From Octopus sinensis (lineage: Eukaryota), in contig NC_042998.1 of NCBI RefSeq assembly GCF_006345805.1, positions 77,004,001-77,068,000 of the forward strand: DNA of 64,000 nucleotides, written 5' to 3'. The number at the start of each line of letters is the position of its first letter. Position 1 is the stretch's first letter. The position numbers were made by a program, and so were the translations under genes. This document shows positions 40,008 through 51,941 of this stretch, piece after piece. Under the pieces are notes generated by a model. It saw only the letters and a list, made by a program, of their open reading frames with translations, ran no database searches and was not told where the DNA came from.

Positions 40008-40153
40008 TGTGGTAAGTAGCTTGCTTACCAACCATATGGTTTCCGGGTTCAGTTCCACTGCGTGGCACCTGGGGTAAAAGTCTTATACTATAGCCTCGGG
40101 CTGACCAAAGCTTTGTGAATGGATGTGGTAGACGGAAACTGAAAGAAACCTGC

Positions 40154-40224
<71 letters not shown>

Positions 40225-40455
40225 TGTGTGTGTGTGTGTGTGTGGTGTGTGTGTGTGTGTGTGTTTGTCTGCGTTTGTCCCTATCAACATCGCTTGACAA
40301 CCGATGTTGGTATGTTTACGTCCCCGTGATCTAGCGGTTCAGCAAAAGGATCGATAGGATAAGTACTAGACACACAAAGAATAAATCCTGGGGTCGATTT
40401 GTTCGACTAAAGGCGGGGCTCAAGTATGCTCGTAATCAAATGACTGAAAAATGTA
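40008..40455 (+). mobile_element. SINE family A with EMPTY target site (40014-40028)
   Basis: GTGGTAAGTAGCTTGCTTACCAACCATATGG... is continuous, with a single copy of the target. Confidence 0.85.
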
Positions 40456-40799
40456 AAAGAATGTGTATATATGTGTAGTAAACACGAATATATCCATTCT
40501 AGTACATAAATTGACTAATTTGACTTAAATTGGTTTTCCTAATTTTTAAAATTAGAACATGCAAACCTTGTGTGTATGTATGTTTGTATGTGTGTGCGTG
40601 CATGTTCATAAATACATATTTATGTATCAGGTAAAACAGAAAGCAAGGAGATATGTGGTGGCCTGCATCAGTAGGATTTCCATTATTGTATTCAATGGAG
40701 AGATTAACATAGATAATATAGTAATGTGGTATTTCCCGACTATGTTTTGCGTATTAAAATATATAAATCAACACACACATATACCTGCATATATATAAT

Positions 40800-41215
40800 A
40801 GAAATATGTTACAAAAAGAAAATAGAAACTACACGTGGAAATGTAAAGGGAAAGTAAGAAGAAAAATAAGCGAAAATGCACATCAAATGCAAATCAAAAA
40901 AAGTAAAGGTTTTTTATGAAACGTAACGATACATATATATACAATTAGATGAACTGGGGTAGGAATAAAAGTTATAAAAGTCATTATTGTGAGATTATTA
41001 AAGAGATTCAAAAGCAGAGTCTTCGTTCACAAGCATAGGTGTCCGAAACTATGGTACAGTTTGTTTTCGCTAGATTATAAGGTATATTAATTTTAATGTG
41101 CTTGGGGTGGCATGAATTCTAAACAATAGGTATTGTTTAGAATCTATGGGTTTATAGAAGATGTCTGTTTCGATCTGGTTATTGACTATTTTAATTAGGA
41201 TGTCAAGAAAAGGGA
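40800..41215 (-). mobile_element. Penelope-like element fragment
   Basis: LPFLDILIKIVNNQIETDIFYKPIDSKQYL resembles the PLE RT C-terminal motif. The adjacent sequence is similar to 53800-53990. Confidence 0.6.
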
Positions 41216-41941
41216 GTTGTTTACTGCTGGGGTTATCGTGTGTCTGTCTGTGCGCACGCAAACGCATGGGCCTGTATGTGTGTATGGGAAGGTATGTGTG
41301 TGTATGTGTGCAAGTAAATTAGTGCGTACGTTCTGTGGAGTGATGGGCGTGTATCTTGGTATATGTGTTTGTCTCCAACAATTGCTTAAAATCCGCTGTT
41401 GGCGTGTTTATGTCCACGTAACTTTGAGGCTCGGCAGAAGGAGACCTATAGAATAGGTAGCAGACTTATCATAAAATATTGAACTGGGATTTCAAACCGT
41501 AACAGGGGAGGCCATCAGAATTGCGAGAAAGTAAATAGAAAAATGATTAGAGCATGACTACAAACCCTGTTCCACAAAAACTACCATCTGCTACAGCACA
41601 CTAGACACCGTGAAATGTCTACCAGTGATGGAAAAGCTACGTACACTGCATGCTGCAGCAGAGCTGTACATCGCCGTTTATCATTTTCCCTAAAATTAAA
41701 AGGCGCTAACATTGAAAGGCATCCCACATGGAATGCAAAGATCTGCAATAGTATCACCTTTGCAAACTATTGTTGTAAAGAACAATGTCATAGGCCAAAT
41801 ACTTTCAATAATGCTTTACCTCTCGTGGTTGCGACATATACTCCGCCCTTCAGACAGAGGAGACAAGTGGCAAGAGAGCTACAGTGCTGCCTGCTTTCCA
41901 TTTCAAAGATGCCTTGAAGGGAGACATAAACTCTCTTTACA

Positions 41942-43233
41942 TACGGGGTGGTATCAAAACATTCCAAGACTAATTCTGTAGCGTATCAGCAGATGGCAGC
42001 ACACGGTTGCGTGAGCTGTGAGAGTTAGCAGTGACCTTCATGAGGTAGTGTGCCAAGTAACATCTCTGTGTTTACTTCGCAAGTTGTGAAATTTTTATTC
42101 TTATGATCACAGGTATGCTGTAGTCTGCGATTTTTGTCACCGACAGGAAGTTGGAACAAAGAGCCAACGTGAAATTTTGCGTTAAACTTGTGAGGTCTGC
42201 TACAGAGATATTGAGCATGATTGCACAAGCTTACATCGACAATGCAGTGGGTCGTACGCAATGCTTCGTGTGGCTAGAACACTTCAAAAGCGGAAGAACG
42301 TCCATAAGAACGTCCATAGAGCACTATGAGCGACCTGGAAGATCTGCCTCGAGTGTAACTCCTGGAAGATCTGGCACGAGTTTAACGACGAGTGTAATCT
42401 GGAGAAAATTCCCCAGCTTGTGCATGAGGATCGTCAGAGGACAATTAACGACATTGTTGAAGTTGCTGGTCTGTTTGTAGGTCCGTACAGACAATCCTAA
42501 TGTATGACTTGAACATGCGGCGTGTCTCTGACAAGTTTGTGCCTCGTCTGCTAACCAATGAGCAGAAAGAACATTGCGTGAAAGTTTATCAAGGTCTCCG
42601 TCAGCGTGCCGCTGATGACCCATACTTTATGTTGGGGATCATCACCGGTGACGATAGTATGGTGTAAGGGTACGACCATGAGACGAAGCAGCAGTTGTCA
42701 CAATAGAAGTGACCTTCATTTCTACGACCGAAGAAGGCATGACGGAGCCGCAACTCAATCAAGAGCACGCACATCGTTCTTTTCTTCCGACATCTGTGGT
42801 ATTGTTCTTCAAGAATTCGTTCTCCAGGGTCAGACCGTCAATCGAGAGTTCTACTGAAAAGTTTTGAAGCATTTAAGGGAGGTTTTTCGGGGAATGCACC
42901 TTGTCACTGAGCTCTCCTCACTCGTGAGTTTCTTGCCAAAAGCAACATTGTAGCACTTTCGCAACCGCGCCATTTGCTAGATTTAGGATCTCTTTTCCGA
43001 AATGAAAATGCAGCTCAAAAGTTGTCGTTTTAACACCGTTGTCGGTACTCAAGTCGATTTGCAGAATGTCTTCAATTTGCTACGTAAAATGTCTTCCAGG
43101 CAGGATTCCAAAAGTGACAGAAATGTAGGGACTGCGCAGGGTGACAATTTCGGAGATGATTTTAAAACTTAGGTGAATAAGCTATTTTTTGTGAAACATA
43201 AGTACTCCAGAAACTTCTAGACACCACCTCGTA
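41942..43233 (+). mobile_element. Mariner-family DNA transposon (decayed, ~1.29 kb)
   Basis: MEQRANVKFCVKL...W...FKSGR N-terminus and FVPRLLT motif. Imperfect TIRs TACGGGGTGGTATC / GACACCACCTCGTA with TA ends. Confidence 0.85.
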
Positions 43234-43474
43234 AATGTCGAAAGGTTGGAGAACATTACTGATAATGGCCCTCGGTAGGACCTGGGACAGGAGAAAGGTA
43301 TAAATTGTTGAGATTTTTAGGCTTGCTGAAGAAAAATATGCAATATCGATGGAAAAGCAGCTTTGGGAGAAAATTAGTGGACAACACCTCCAATTGCATT
43401 CAATGTAGCCAGTAGTGCCACTCACATGGGTTTCGCTCTCTCTTTCTGCCCCTTCCTCCCTCCCTCTCTCTCTC

Positions 43475-43515
<41 letters not shown>

Positions 43516-43519
43516 TATG

Positions 43520-44600
43520 TACAAGGTGTATTCCAGGAGATTTTTCCAACTTTTCAGGAGAGAGATTAATTAATTTCAAGAAAGTACGATGTCTATTCTC
43601 CTTTAAAATAGGTTCGTCTGACTTCAATGTTGTGGAGCTTCAACCAACTTGTGAATGTCACATGAATATCAGCCGAAGTGAACGTGTTCAAGACCCTTGT
43701 CACAAACTTCTACAGCTCAATATCTTCAAAACTAATCACCTGAAGGCTCTCTTTGTGCTTATGAAACCACCAAATCACAAGGAGCAAGATCTGGACCGTA
43801 TGGAGGCTGAGGAATAATTTTGATACCCATATCTGTCAAGCTGTTGGTTACCGGATGCAAATGTAGACTGGTACATTTTACTGGTGTAGGTGTCACCGAA
43901 TCGAGTGGAAGTGTTCTAGGTTTTTGCGACGCAATCCCTCAAGGCGTTTTCACTGACCGCCTGGCTTGAAGGAAACCAATGGATGTATAAAAAAAAAGTA
44001 TCTTCATAGACATCTCATACATTTGCTTTGACTGGACTTCTTTAGTTCGAATTTGCTCTGCTCGGTAGTCTGTCTGTTGGGATTTTGATCATAACAGTAA
44101 ATTCAGCTTTCGTCAGATGTCACCAGAGATTCTTGGATTGGAGGCTACGAGTTCAACAATCTCCCTGCTGTCATCAATGCGTCTTTCCTTTTGTTTGTCA
44201 CTGAGCATTCTGGGAACAAACTCTGCATATGTTTTGCATTTAGCTCTGTGTACAGTTGCTGCACCAATCCGAACTCTATCATTTCGTCTTTATAGATACA
44301 TGACGGTCTTAAGCAAGCAAATTATTTTGATCAACCATGGCTGATGTCCTTACGTGCACTACTAAGCTTTTCTCGTTTCGTCTCTAGCATTGTTGAACCT
44401 CTTGTGCCAGCGTAAAACAGATGCCCGGCTCATACAAAGTAATTCATAAGTAACCTGGAAATTTCATAAGTTTCTGTTGCATTTTTGCCCAGTTTAACAA
44501 AAAACTTTATGGCCTAGCGATTTTTCAAACGTCCCGATGACATTCTGCAAGCTAGTTAGTTGTGACAAGAAGTGTTGAGTACGGTGTGGGCAGAGTGATC
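43520..44600 (-). mobile_element. Second mariner-family relic
   Basis: The reverse strand gives KFFVKLGKNATETY, FVPRMLSDKQKERR and PPYGPDLAPCD (YSPDLAPxD-like). The right boundary is uncertain. Confidence 0.75.
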
Positions 44601-44840
44601 AAAACCGTCTCCTTCAATCTAAAATAAACAGTTGGCAGGTCACCTTATTAGATGTTTAGTAAGGATATACCAAAATTACAATAATTTACCCAAGTTATAA
44701 CAGCCCTGAACAAGTTATAACAACCCTAAACAGGAAGCTTATAACCTTCTGTAATGCGCCAGGGTCCTCACTGACGAACAGAAGGAGAGATGCACTGGTG
44801 ATAGCAAGGAGATTGTTGAACTCATTATCTCCAGTTCAAG

Positions 44841-45080
44841 AATTTAGACGCTTTTTATGGAACAATCATGTGTAAACAAACATGTGTCTTTTTCATTAGA
44901 AGCGTCGAAAATATGTATTCTACGATACAAATAAGATGATTTTTTTTTTAACACAGAAAAAACAAACGTCATCTCTTTTGTATCGTAGATTACACATTTC
45001 TGACGCTTCTAATAAAAGAACAAGTATTTTTTGTTTACATGGTTGTTCCATAAAATACTAAAGTATTTAGCGTCTAAATT
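44841..45080. repeat. ~240-bp imperfect fold-back palindrome (MITE-like)
   Basis: Arms 44841-44939 and 44969-45080 are reverse-complementary, e.g. TCTACGATACAAA / TTTGTATCGTAGA and TTTATGGAACAA / TTGTTCCATAAA. Confidence 0.8.
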
Positions 45081-46495
45081 TGTCGATAAATTTGTCAGTG
45101 TGCAGTTTAGCTTGATGGTAAAGCACTCAGCCGGAGTCTTTGAGTGGTATGGGTTCCAGTCCCATAGCTGGTTGTTGGTAATTTTTTCCGCCTTGTAAGG
45201 ATTATTTACCTCAGTATTTCTGCTGTTCTAACGGCAAGTCTGCGTTCGAAAAAATATCTTATTTGTATCGTTTATGCATATCTATATATCTTTTGTGGAT
45301 TCCTTAATTTCATGAATGACATCAGTTCTTTATGGAATACGATTTTCAAACTGAATTCATCTTAAACTAACAATACGGATTCTTTAATAATTCTATAAAT
45401 TTAGGTCTATGCTGGCGTTATTTATCCAGATAATTTGTGATTTACATTCATTTTTGCAAACGTTTTCTGAATTTTTCGAGAAATGTAGGCAGACGACGTT
45501 TCCAAAGATACTGCAGTCTTTAGAATTTATTATGGTATATTAAACGAGATGGGAGAAGAGTGAATAGGATAAGCAAAATACTCAGTTAGTGCACCAGGCT
45601 AACAATATTGCTTAGATCAGTAACGTGCTCCGCGTCGCGTATTCTTGTGGAAACCAGAAATGACTGATGAAAGCAGCATTAAATATTTAGGTCGTTCAAT
45701 TTTTACTCAACCGATCAATGCGCCAATTGAATAAACATATCAATAACAAACCTATAATGACTACTGGAAACAGCTGTAAGTCAAAATTAACGAAATAAAG
45801 AAAGAATATATAATAACCATTATTTATACTCTGTATTGCATATATATATATGTTCATCCTCCGCGAGTCATATTTTTTTAACCATGATCAATTCAAGCTC
45901 ATATCAAAATCACTGAAGACAGAAGTTTACGTCAGCTTAATGCATTAATATCATCACAGTAATAAACTAAATATGCATGGAAAAGATAAAAGTTAAAATA
46001 AGGAATTAGATGTTAATAAAATAGAATATAAATCAAACTCATAAGGTTATAGTAATTTAGATATTCTTTGTTTGTAGCAGCATCGACGATGAAACCTTGT
46101 TGAGAGCTGGTTAAATATTAGCGTTGAAGAATGCGAAATATGATCATTAAATTGGCTCCAGTAATTAATTTTGTAGTGACGTTTCGTTGTAGGGGTTCAC
46201 AATTATAAATCTGAATGTTACGAAAATCAACATGAAAGGAAATTATCTAATAAGATTTTACTTTGATGGTGTAATTATAGAAGCTAAACTATTGACGATG
46301 ATATCAAGAGAAAAAGACTGATATCTACTTTGCTGTAACTAGATCCCTGTTACGATTTGCTATGAATTCTCAATGCGTATTGTATTGTTGGGCAATAATA
46401 ATGAATAATGCAATATGCATCCCATAACAACTAGGCACAAACGCATATATATGTGTGTATGTATGTGTATGTATGTATGTATGTATGTATGTATG

Positions 46496-46528
<33 letters not shown>

Positions 46529-46562
46529 TATATATATACATGTATGTATGTATGTATGAATG

Positions 46563-46597
<35 letters not shown>

Positions 46598-47265
46598 ATA
46601 TCTATCTATCTATAACACAGGATGTGTGTTTGACTGTGTGTTTGTCATGTCGTAAAAATTCGAGATCCACCCAACCGATTTTAATGAAATTTTCCTCTTG
46701 CATTACATAGCATTCAAGAAGTGTCATGGGCCAAATCAAGTTTCAACTTCTTGCCTAATGCGGATCCAAGGGCAGATAAACTACATTTTAAAAGCATTTT
46801 TCAACGTTAAGGCCCATGACTTGAGTATCTAGTCGCTTTCCTCTAAATTTGCAACAAACCTTAATCAGTCTCCTCGAATTGCTGTTGACTAAAACAATTT
46901 TCGACGGCGACTATGATCCCACTCCCATGCAAATGCAGAATAATCAGATTTGAAAATACTGCACATGTTTTTATCTTTTTTAGGCCATTTTCCGATGATA
47001 AAATATTGACAGTACTTATGCGTTATAAGTAGCGTATACTATTTCATGAAAACTTTTCTATCCAATTTGTCAGAAGAAATGCGAAGAGCATTGAAATTTT
47101 TGTCGGTGCCCTGTTGATGCTTCATGTTACCACCCCGCGTACCACCGGGCCATGTATGTGTGTGTGTACGGCTGGGTAAAGGTACAACAAACCCATTCAT
47201 CCATTCTCCAATCCTCCGCAACGCAGCATGGTCCGGCAGCACGTCTGCTTTCTATGTCATGCATG

Positions 47266-47531
47266 TCTGGGCTGGACAAAATAATCGAAACACCTAGCAT
47301 CATAGCATCATCATTTTGAAATATCTATAAAACCGTCAAAAGGTTACTCTTTTTTTACTCTTTTACTTGTTTCAGTCATGTGACTGGGGCCATGCTGGAG
47401 CACCACCTTTTGTCGTGCCGAACCGCCAAGTTACGGGGGACGTAAACACAAGCATCGGTTGTCAAGCAATGTTGGGGGGACAAACACAGACACACAAACG
47501 CGCACACACACACACACACACACACACCACA

Positions 47532-47571
<40 letters not shown>

Positions 47572-48912
47572 CCCGACTCAACCCGGGACGTATATATATA
47601 TATATATATATATATACGACGGGCTTCTTTCAGTTTCCGTCTACCAAATCCACTCACAAGGCTTTGGTCGGCCCGAGGCTACAGTAGAAGACACTTACCC
47701 AAGGTGCTACGCTGTGGGACTGTACCCGGAACCATGTGGTTCGTAAGCAAGCTACTTACCACACAGCCACTCCGTTTATTTATTTTTTTTATTTATTATG
47801 TGTTGCTTAATATGTTTTGCTGAAAATGCAGTTTCTTTTCAGATATCATCAGAAAAAGGTAATTAAAATTCATTAAAATGACAGATCTGTCGGACTTTGA
47901 AAGCGGTCAGATTGTTGGTACTCGTATGGTAGGCGCTAGCGTAACGAAAACAGCCGAAATGTTGGGGTATCAAAAAATACTGTCTCGAAAGTATTGACAG
48001 CCTTTGAGAAAGAGGGAAAAAATCCTCCTCGTCGAAACAAAACTCCGGAAGAAAACCAGAACTTTCAGATGGAGACCGTCGGATTCTTACGCGAATTGTT
48101 AGAAAGAATCACAATGGTACAGCTCCAAAAATTACTGCAGATCTTAATGACTGCCTTGAAAACCCAGTTTCCTCAAAAACTGATTGCCGGGATCAGCACA
48201 AAGCCGTTGCAAAGCGTTTAGCGTGGAGTAAAAGCCTACAGAATTGGTCCCTAGAGCAGTGGAAGAATATTATTTTCTCGGATGAGTCATCTTTTACCTT
48301 ATTTCCGACCACCGGCCAAGTATACATGTGGAGAAAGCCAAAAGAAACATTTGACCCAGACTGCCTTCCAACTGTTAAACATGGATGAGGATCTGTGATG
48401 ATCTGGGTGGAGGATATATCTTGGAAGTCCGCCGGCCTAATGGTTTCCTTTCATGTTCATGGCAGAATTAAGCCAAGACTAAGCATTTCGTCTGATCAAA
48501 TTCATTCTGTAGTTGCGGAACTGTTTCCGGAAGGAAACGTATTAATTCAGGATGATAATGCACCAATTCACACAGCTAAAGTTGTTATTAAATGGCACGA
48601 GTAACATTCTAGTGAAGTTGAACATCTTATCTGGCCGCCACTGTCCCCAGATATCAGTATTAGTGAACATTTATGGTGCATTTTAGAAAAAGAAGTATGG
48701 AGTCGATATCCTCCACCATCATCACTACAAGAACTGGAGACTGTTTTAACTGAAGAATGGGCAAAAATTACTTTGGAATCAATTCAAGCATTGTATGAGT
48801 CATTGCCTCGTAGAATTCAAGCTGTAATTACTGCCAAAGGCGGTATCACCCCATATCAAAATATATTTGTTTAAAATTATAACGTGTTTCCATTATTTTG
48901 TCCAACCCCTGT
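47266..48912 (+). mobile_element. Tc1-family transposon (decayed), interrupted by SINE A
   Basis: TIRs (G)GGCTGGACAAAATAATCGAAACAC / GTGTTTCCATTATTTTGTCCAACCCCTGTA. Transposase motifs MTDLSDFESGQIVG, FSDESSF, QDDNAPIH and WPPLSPDISISEHLW. Confidence 0.85.
47345..47775 (-). mobile_element. Full-length SINE family A with EMPTY target site (47743-47757)
   Basis: The reverse strand reads GGAGTGGCTGTGTGGTAAGTAGCTTGCTTACGAACCACATGGTTCCGGGTACAGTCCC... uninterrupted. Confidence 0.9.
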
Positions 48913-49025
48913 ATATAATGCAAAATGTTCATACGAAAAAAAAACTGCTGTCGTGACTCACAGGACCACTTCGGTGCAATTAGTCCCCCACCTGTGTTCC
49001 CTCCCCGTTTAGTCAGACGAGTAAA

Positions 49026-49457
49026 TACAGGGTGTCCCAGAATTAATGATGGTTTGAGTAAAATCGGATGCTCTTGTTTTAAAAATCACTTTTATTTATG
49101 TTTATCATGTTGAATATGTTAAAAGTGTATACATTTTGAATTTTCTTTATAATTTTATTTTAAATCCTGTTGGACCCCTCTTATTTTCAATTTGGCAGAA
49201 ATAATTTTCTTAACCTCCATTCCCATGATGGATAATCGTTTAGCTGAGCTTCAAGAGCACATTCAGTTAGCAGTGTAGGAGCTGAAATGTTTTAAAATGT
49301 TTTTCGCAACGCTAAGGAGAAATATGAAGTATGCAGGGATACAGACACATTGAAAATTTTCAATTGTTTTGGTAATAAACATAAAATTTAGTGAGTTTCT
49401 TTTTTTAAATTTGCTTAATTTAATTCAAGCAGATAGTTAACTTTGGAACACCCTATA
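49026..49457. mobile_element. Tc1/mariner-type MITE
   Basis: Ends TACAGGGTGTCCCAG and TTGGAACACCCTATA are imperfect TIRs with TA flanks. Confidence 0.6.
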
Positions 49458-49754
49458 TGGCGCAGCGTTGTTAGTTGTTGCGTTGCTCGAGTAAATATTG
49501 AAATCAAAGGTCTTCTCGCCGTAAACATCGCATCTTTTTGTTAATCTTATTATATCAAGGAGTATATTATCCAAAATGTATCTCTCCTTTATAGGTGTAG
49601 CTGTGTGTTTCAGAAGATTGTTTTCCAATCATGTCGACTTAGGTTCAATCCCATTGTGCGGCACGTTGGGCAATTCCCTTTCATTACAATTCTGTGCCCA
49701 CCAAAGCCTTGTGTATTATATAATTGCTATTATTGTATTGATATATAAAATAAC

Positions 49755-49778
49755 AGCTGTGTGGTAAGTAGCTTGCTT
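49755..49778 (+). mobile_element. SINE family A head fragment ending in target copy
   Basis: GCTGTGTGGTAAGTAGCTTGCTT lies immediately before element D. Confidence 0.8.
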
Positions 49779-49779
49779 C

Positions 49780-51930
49780 CGCACATGCGCGTCAAGTCGA
49801 CTTCTTGCCAGTGAACATTGAGAACGTGAGCTTTGAGCTCCGTCCTAAAATTAAAAAAGAACAAAAACAGAGAAGGTTGTCGAGGTAGGTGATTTTGTTT
49901 GTTGTGAGCTGGCATAATTTATTGCGTGCGAATTATTTTTTCAGTAAATTGTGCCCAGCTCTGGGACAATTTTACCTGCTCTCGGCGGCTGCTGTTTTTG
50001 TATATTGTGAATTTATTGTGAATTTTTGGATTCATTTAAAAAAAATGTGATGGGGCGTATCCTCGCCCGAATAGAACCTGTTAGAGTTGCTGTTGCAGTT
50101 ACCGTTGGCTGTAGCCAGTATTGTGTTTGGATTTATTTTACCAATTACCGGAAAAAAACAGATTTATGCCAAGGACCCTATTCACATTAGGCCGGGAGTA
50201 CATGCTGGCCAGGAAATTGGATTTTTGCTGTGTGAATTGTTTTTCTACTTTTCGTCTATCTTTCCTGATTTTTTCTTTCTTTTTGAACTGTTAATTTATT
50301 TTTTGGACTTACTTATTTTTTTACTGTTTCTGTTAACTTTTTGTGTACCTTTTTTTACATCTTCTTTGACCTTTGAACTTTCTTTGAACTTTTAAGACTT
50401 TTTTTGCACATGGCGAAAACAAACGGTGCCGCTGTTTTGGAGTGGGAGGTGGTCCCACCTAAACAGTGGATTAAAGATCTTGAGAAGAGGATGGTAGTAC
50501 TACGGACCTATTCTAGGTCGTGTGGTGCCATTGCCTTCTTCGACAAGAGCGTGATAGAGAAAGAGTTGGCAGACTACCTGCCAACTATAAAATTTATTTC
50601 ACGGGGGACCAAATTTGCAACGGCCTGGTTGCTGTTTGTCACCCCTGAGGAAGCTGGCAGATTTGCTAGCGAGCCCCTTGAGGGAGAAGAGATTTTGTTC
50701 CTCCCCACTTATTGTGGGAGGAAGATAAGAAGAGCCTGGGTCTGCGGATTGCCCCCGGGCACGGAGGCGGGATGGATCGAAGATACCATCCGGCGAGGCC
50801 TGGGGGATAGCAGGTCAGACTATTGAGTTTGGATGTTGCTCCTGTGGTCGACTGGGAGGAGTCAAAGGCAACTTTGACCCTGTGGACCCCGGTGGCCGTG
50901 GGAGATATGACATTCCTAGACTTTCTAAAAATAGCCGGGTACAGGTACCCGGTGATACTTGAGGGACGCTTCCCCAAGTGTCACCTGTGCCTCGAGCCCG
51001 GCCATATAAGAGAAAACTGTACCAAGGGCCGTAGTAAGGCCCTGGTGCACGAGAAAGAGAAGGTGCCCGCCGACCCCTCATTGGAGGGGAGACGGTGGAA
51101 GTCGTGGAGGAATTTGCCTTCACGAAAAGAAAAAGAAAGGTGAGTTACAATGGTTGATCACCAAAGAATGTTCAGGCGGCGGAGGAGGGTAGCGACCCCG
51201 CGTCTGTCGACGTAGCCCCCTGCTCCTGCAGCCTCAAAACGAAAGAGGAAAAAGAGGAGCAGAGGACGGTCGGCGGATGCTCCTGAGCCGCCGACGGGGC
51301 CGCAGGTGGGATGTGTGCCATCTGCGGATAGGGCTCCGTCAGTGGGAAGTGTGCCACTGACGGAGCAGTGTGAGGTCCCTTCCTGTGAAGAGGAGGTGTT
51401 TCTCCTCCTTTACCACAAGGGAGGTACGGTGAGTAAATTTTTGGACGGCTTGGGTGACTGAGAACGTGTGTACTCGGTCTGCCCAAGTAGCCCGATATGG
51501 CCTCCGTAGGTGGCTGCGGAGGTAGTAACGGAAAACATTTTGTCAAAGGTCGAAGCGACCTTTGACAAGGAAGAATTTGCTTTCTTCTTTGCAGGCCCTG
51601 ACTTGTCGTTGCAGAGTTGTCTGCAGGCGGCAAGTCATATTGCTTGGGGGATCTGACAAGGAGAATTGTTGTAAATCTATGTGCTGCCCTTGTGGCAAAT
51701 TAAATGAAAAAAGTATCTTGTAAGAGGTTTTAGTGCCTCCTTGTAAGAGGTTTGAAACCTTATATTGATTTTTAAAAGAAGAAAATGTTTTCGAGAAAAA
51801 TCCAAACGGCAGGTGTTGGGTTTCGTCTCTCATTTATTCATTTTATTTAATTTTCATTCATTAATTTGTTTGTCCAGCCCGCAAAGCTACACAATCTTTG
51901 TACTGTCTATATGACAAATTTTATGAAATA
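49780..51930 (+). mobile_element. SINE-targeted ORF1-only element, copy D (most complete)
   Basis: Target on the left; ATGAAATA|AAGTAGCTTAC on the right (51931-51941, one GCTT unit missing). One frameshifted ORF and no RT. Confidence 0.8.
50410..51656 (+). pseudogene. Gag/ORF1-like protein (~415 codons when frameshifts are repaired): RRM-like region, CCHC knuckle, charged linker, unknown C-terminal domain
   Basis: MAKTNGAAVLEWEVVPPKQW...AWVCGLPPGTEAGWIEDTI / YPVILEGRFPKCHLCLEPGHIRENC / EEVFLLLYHKGG...FAGPDLSLQSCLQAA. Confidence 0.8.
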
Positions 51931-51941
51931 AAGTAGCTTAC

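Noticed and set aside
41560-41930. RGCDIYSAL motif reminiscent of TGCD-containing transposases
   Set aside because: A single short motif in a stop-riddled frame with no termini; insufficient evidence.
47700-47775. tRNA gene
   Set aside because: A/B-box-like head continues directly into a SINE body; no complete cloverleaf or acceptor stem.
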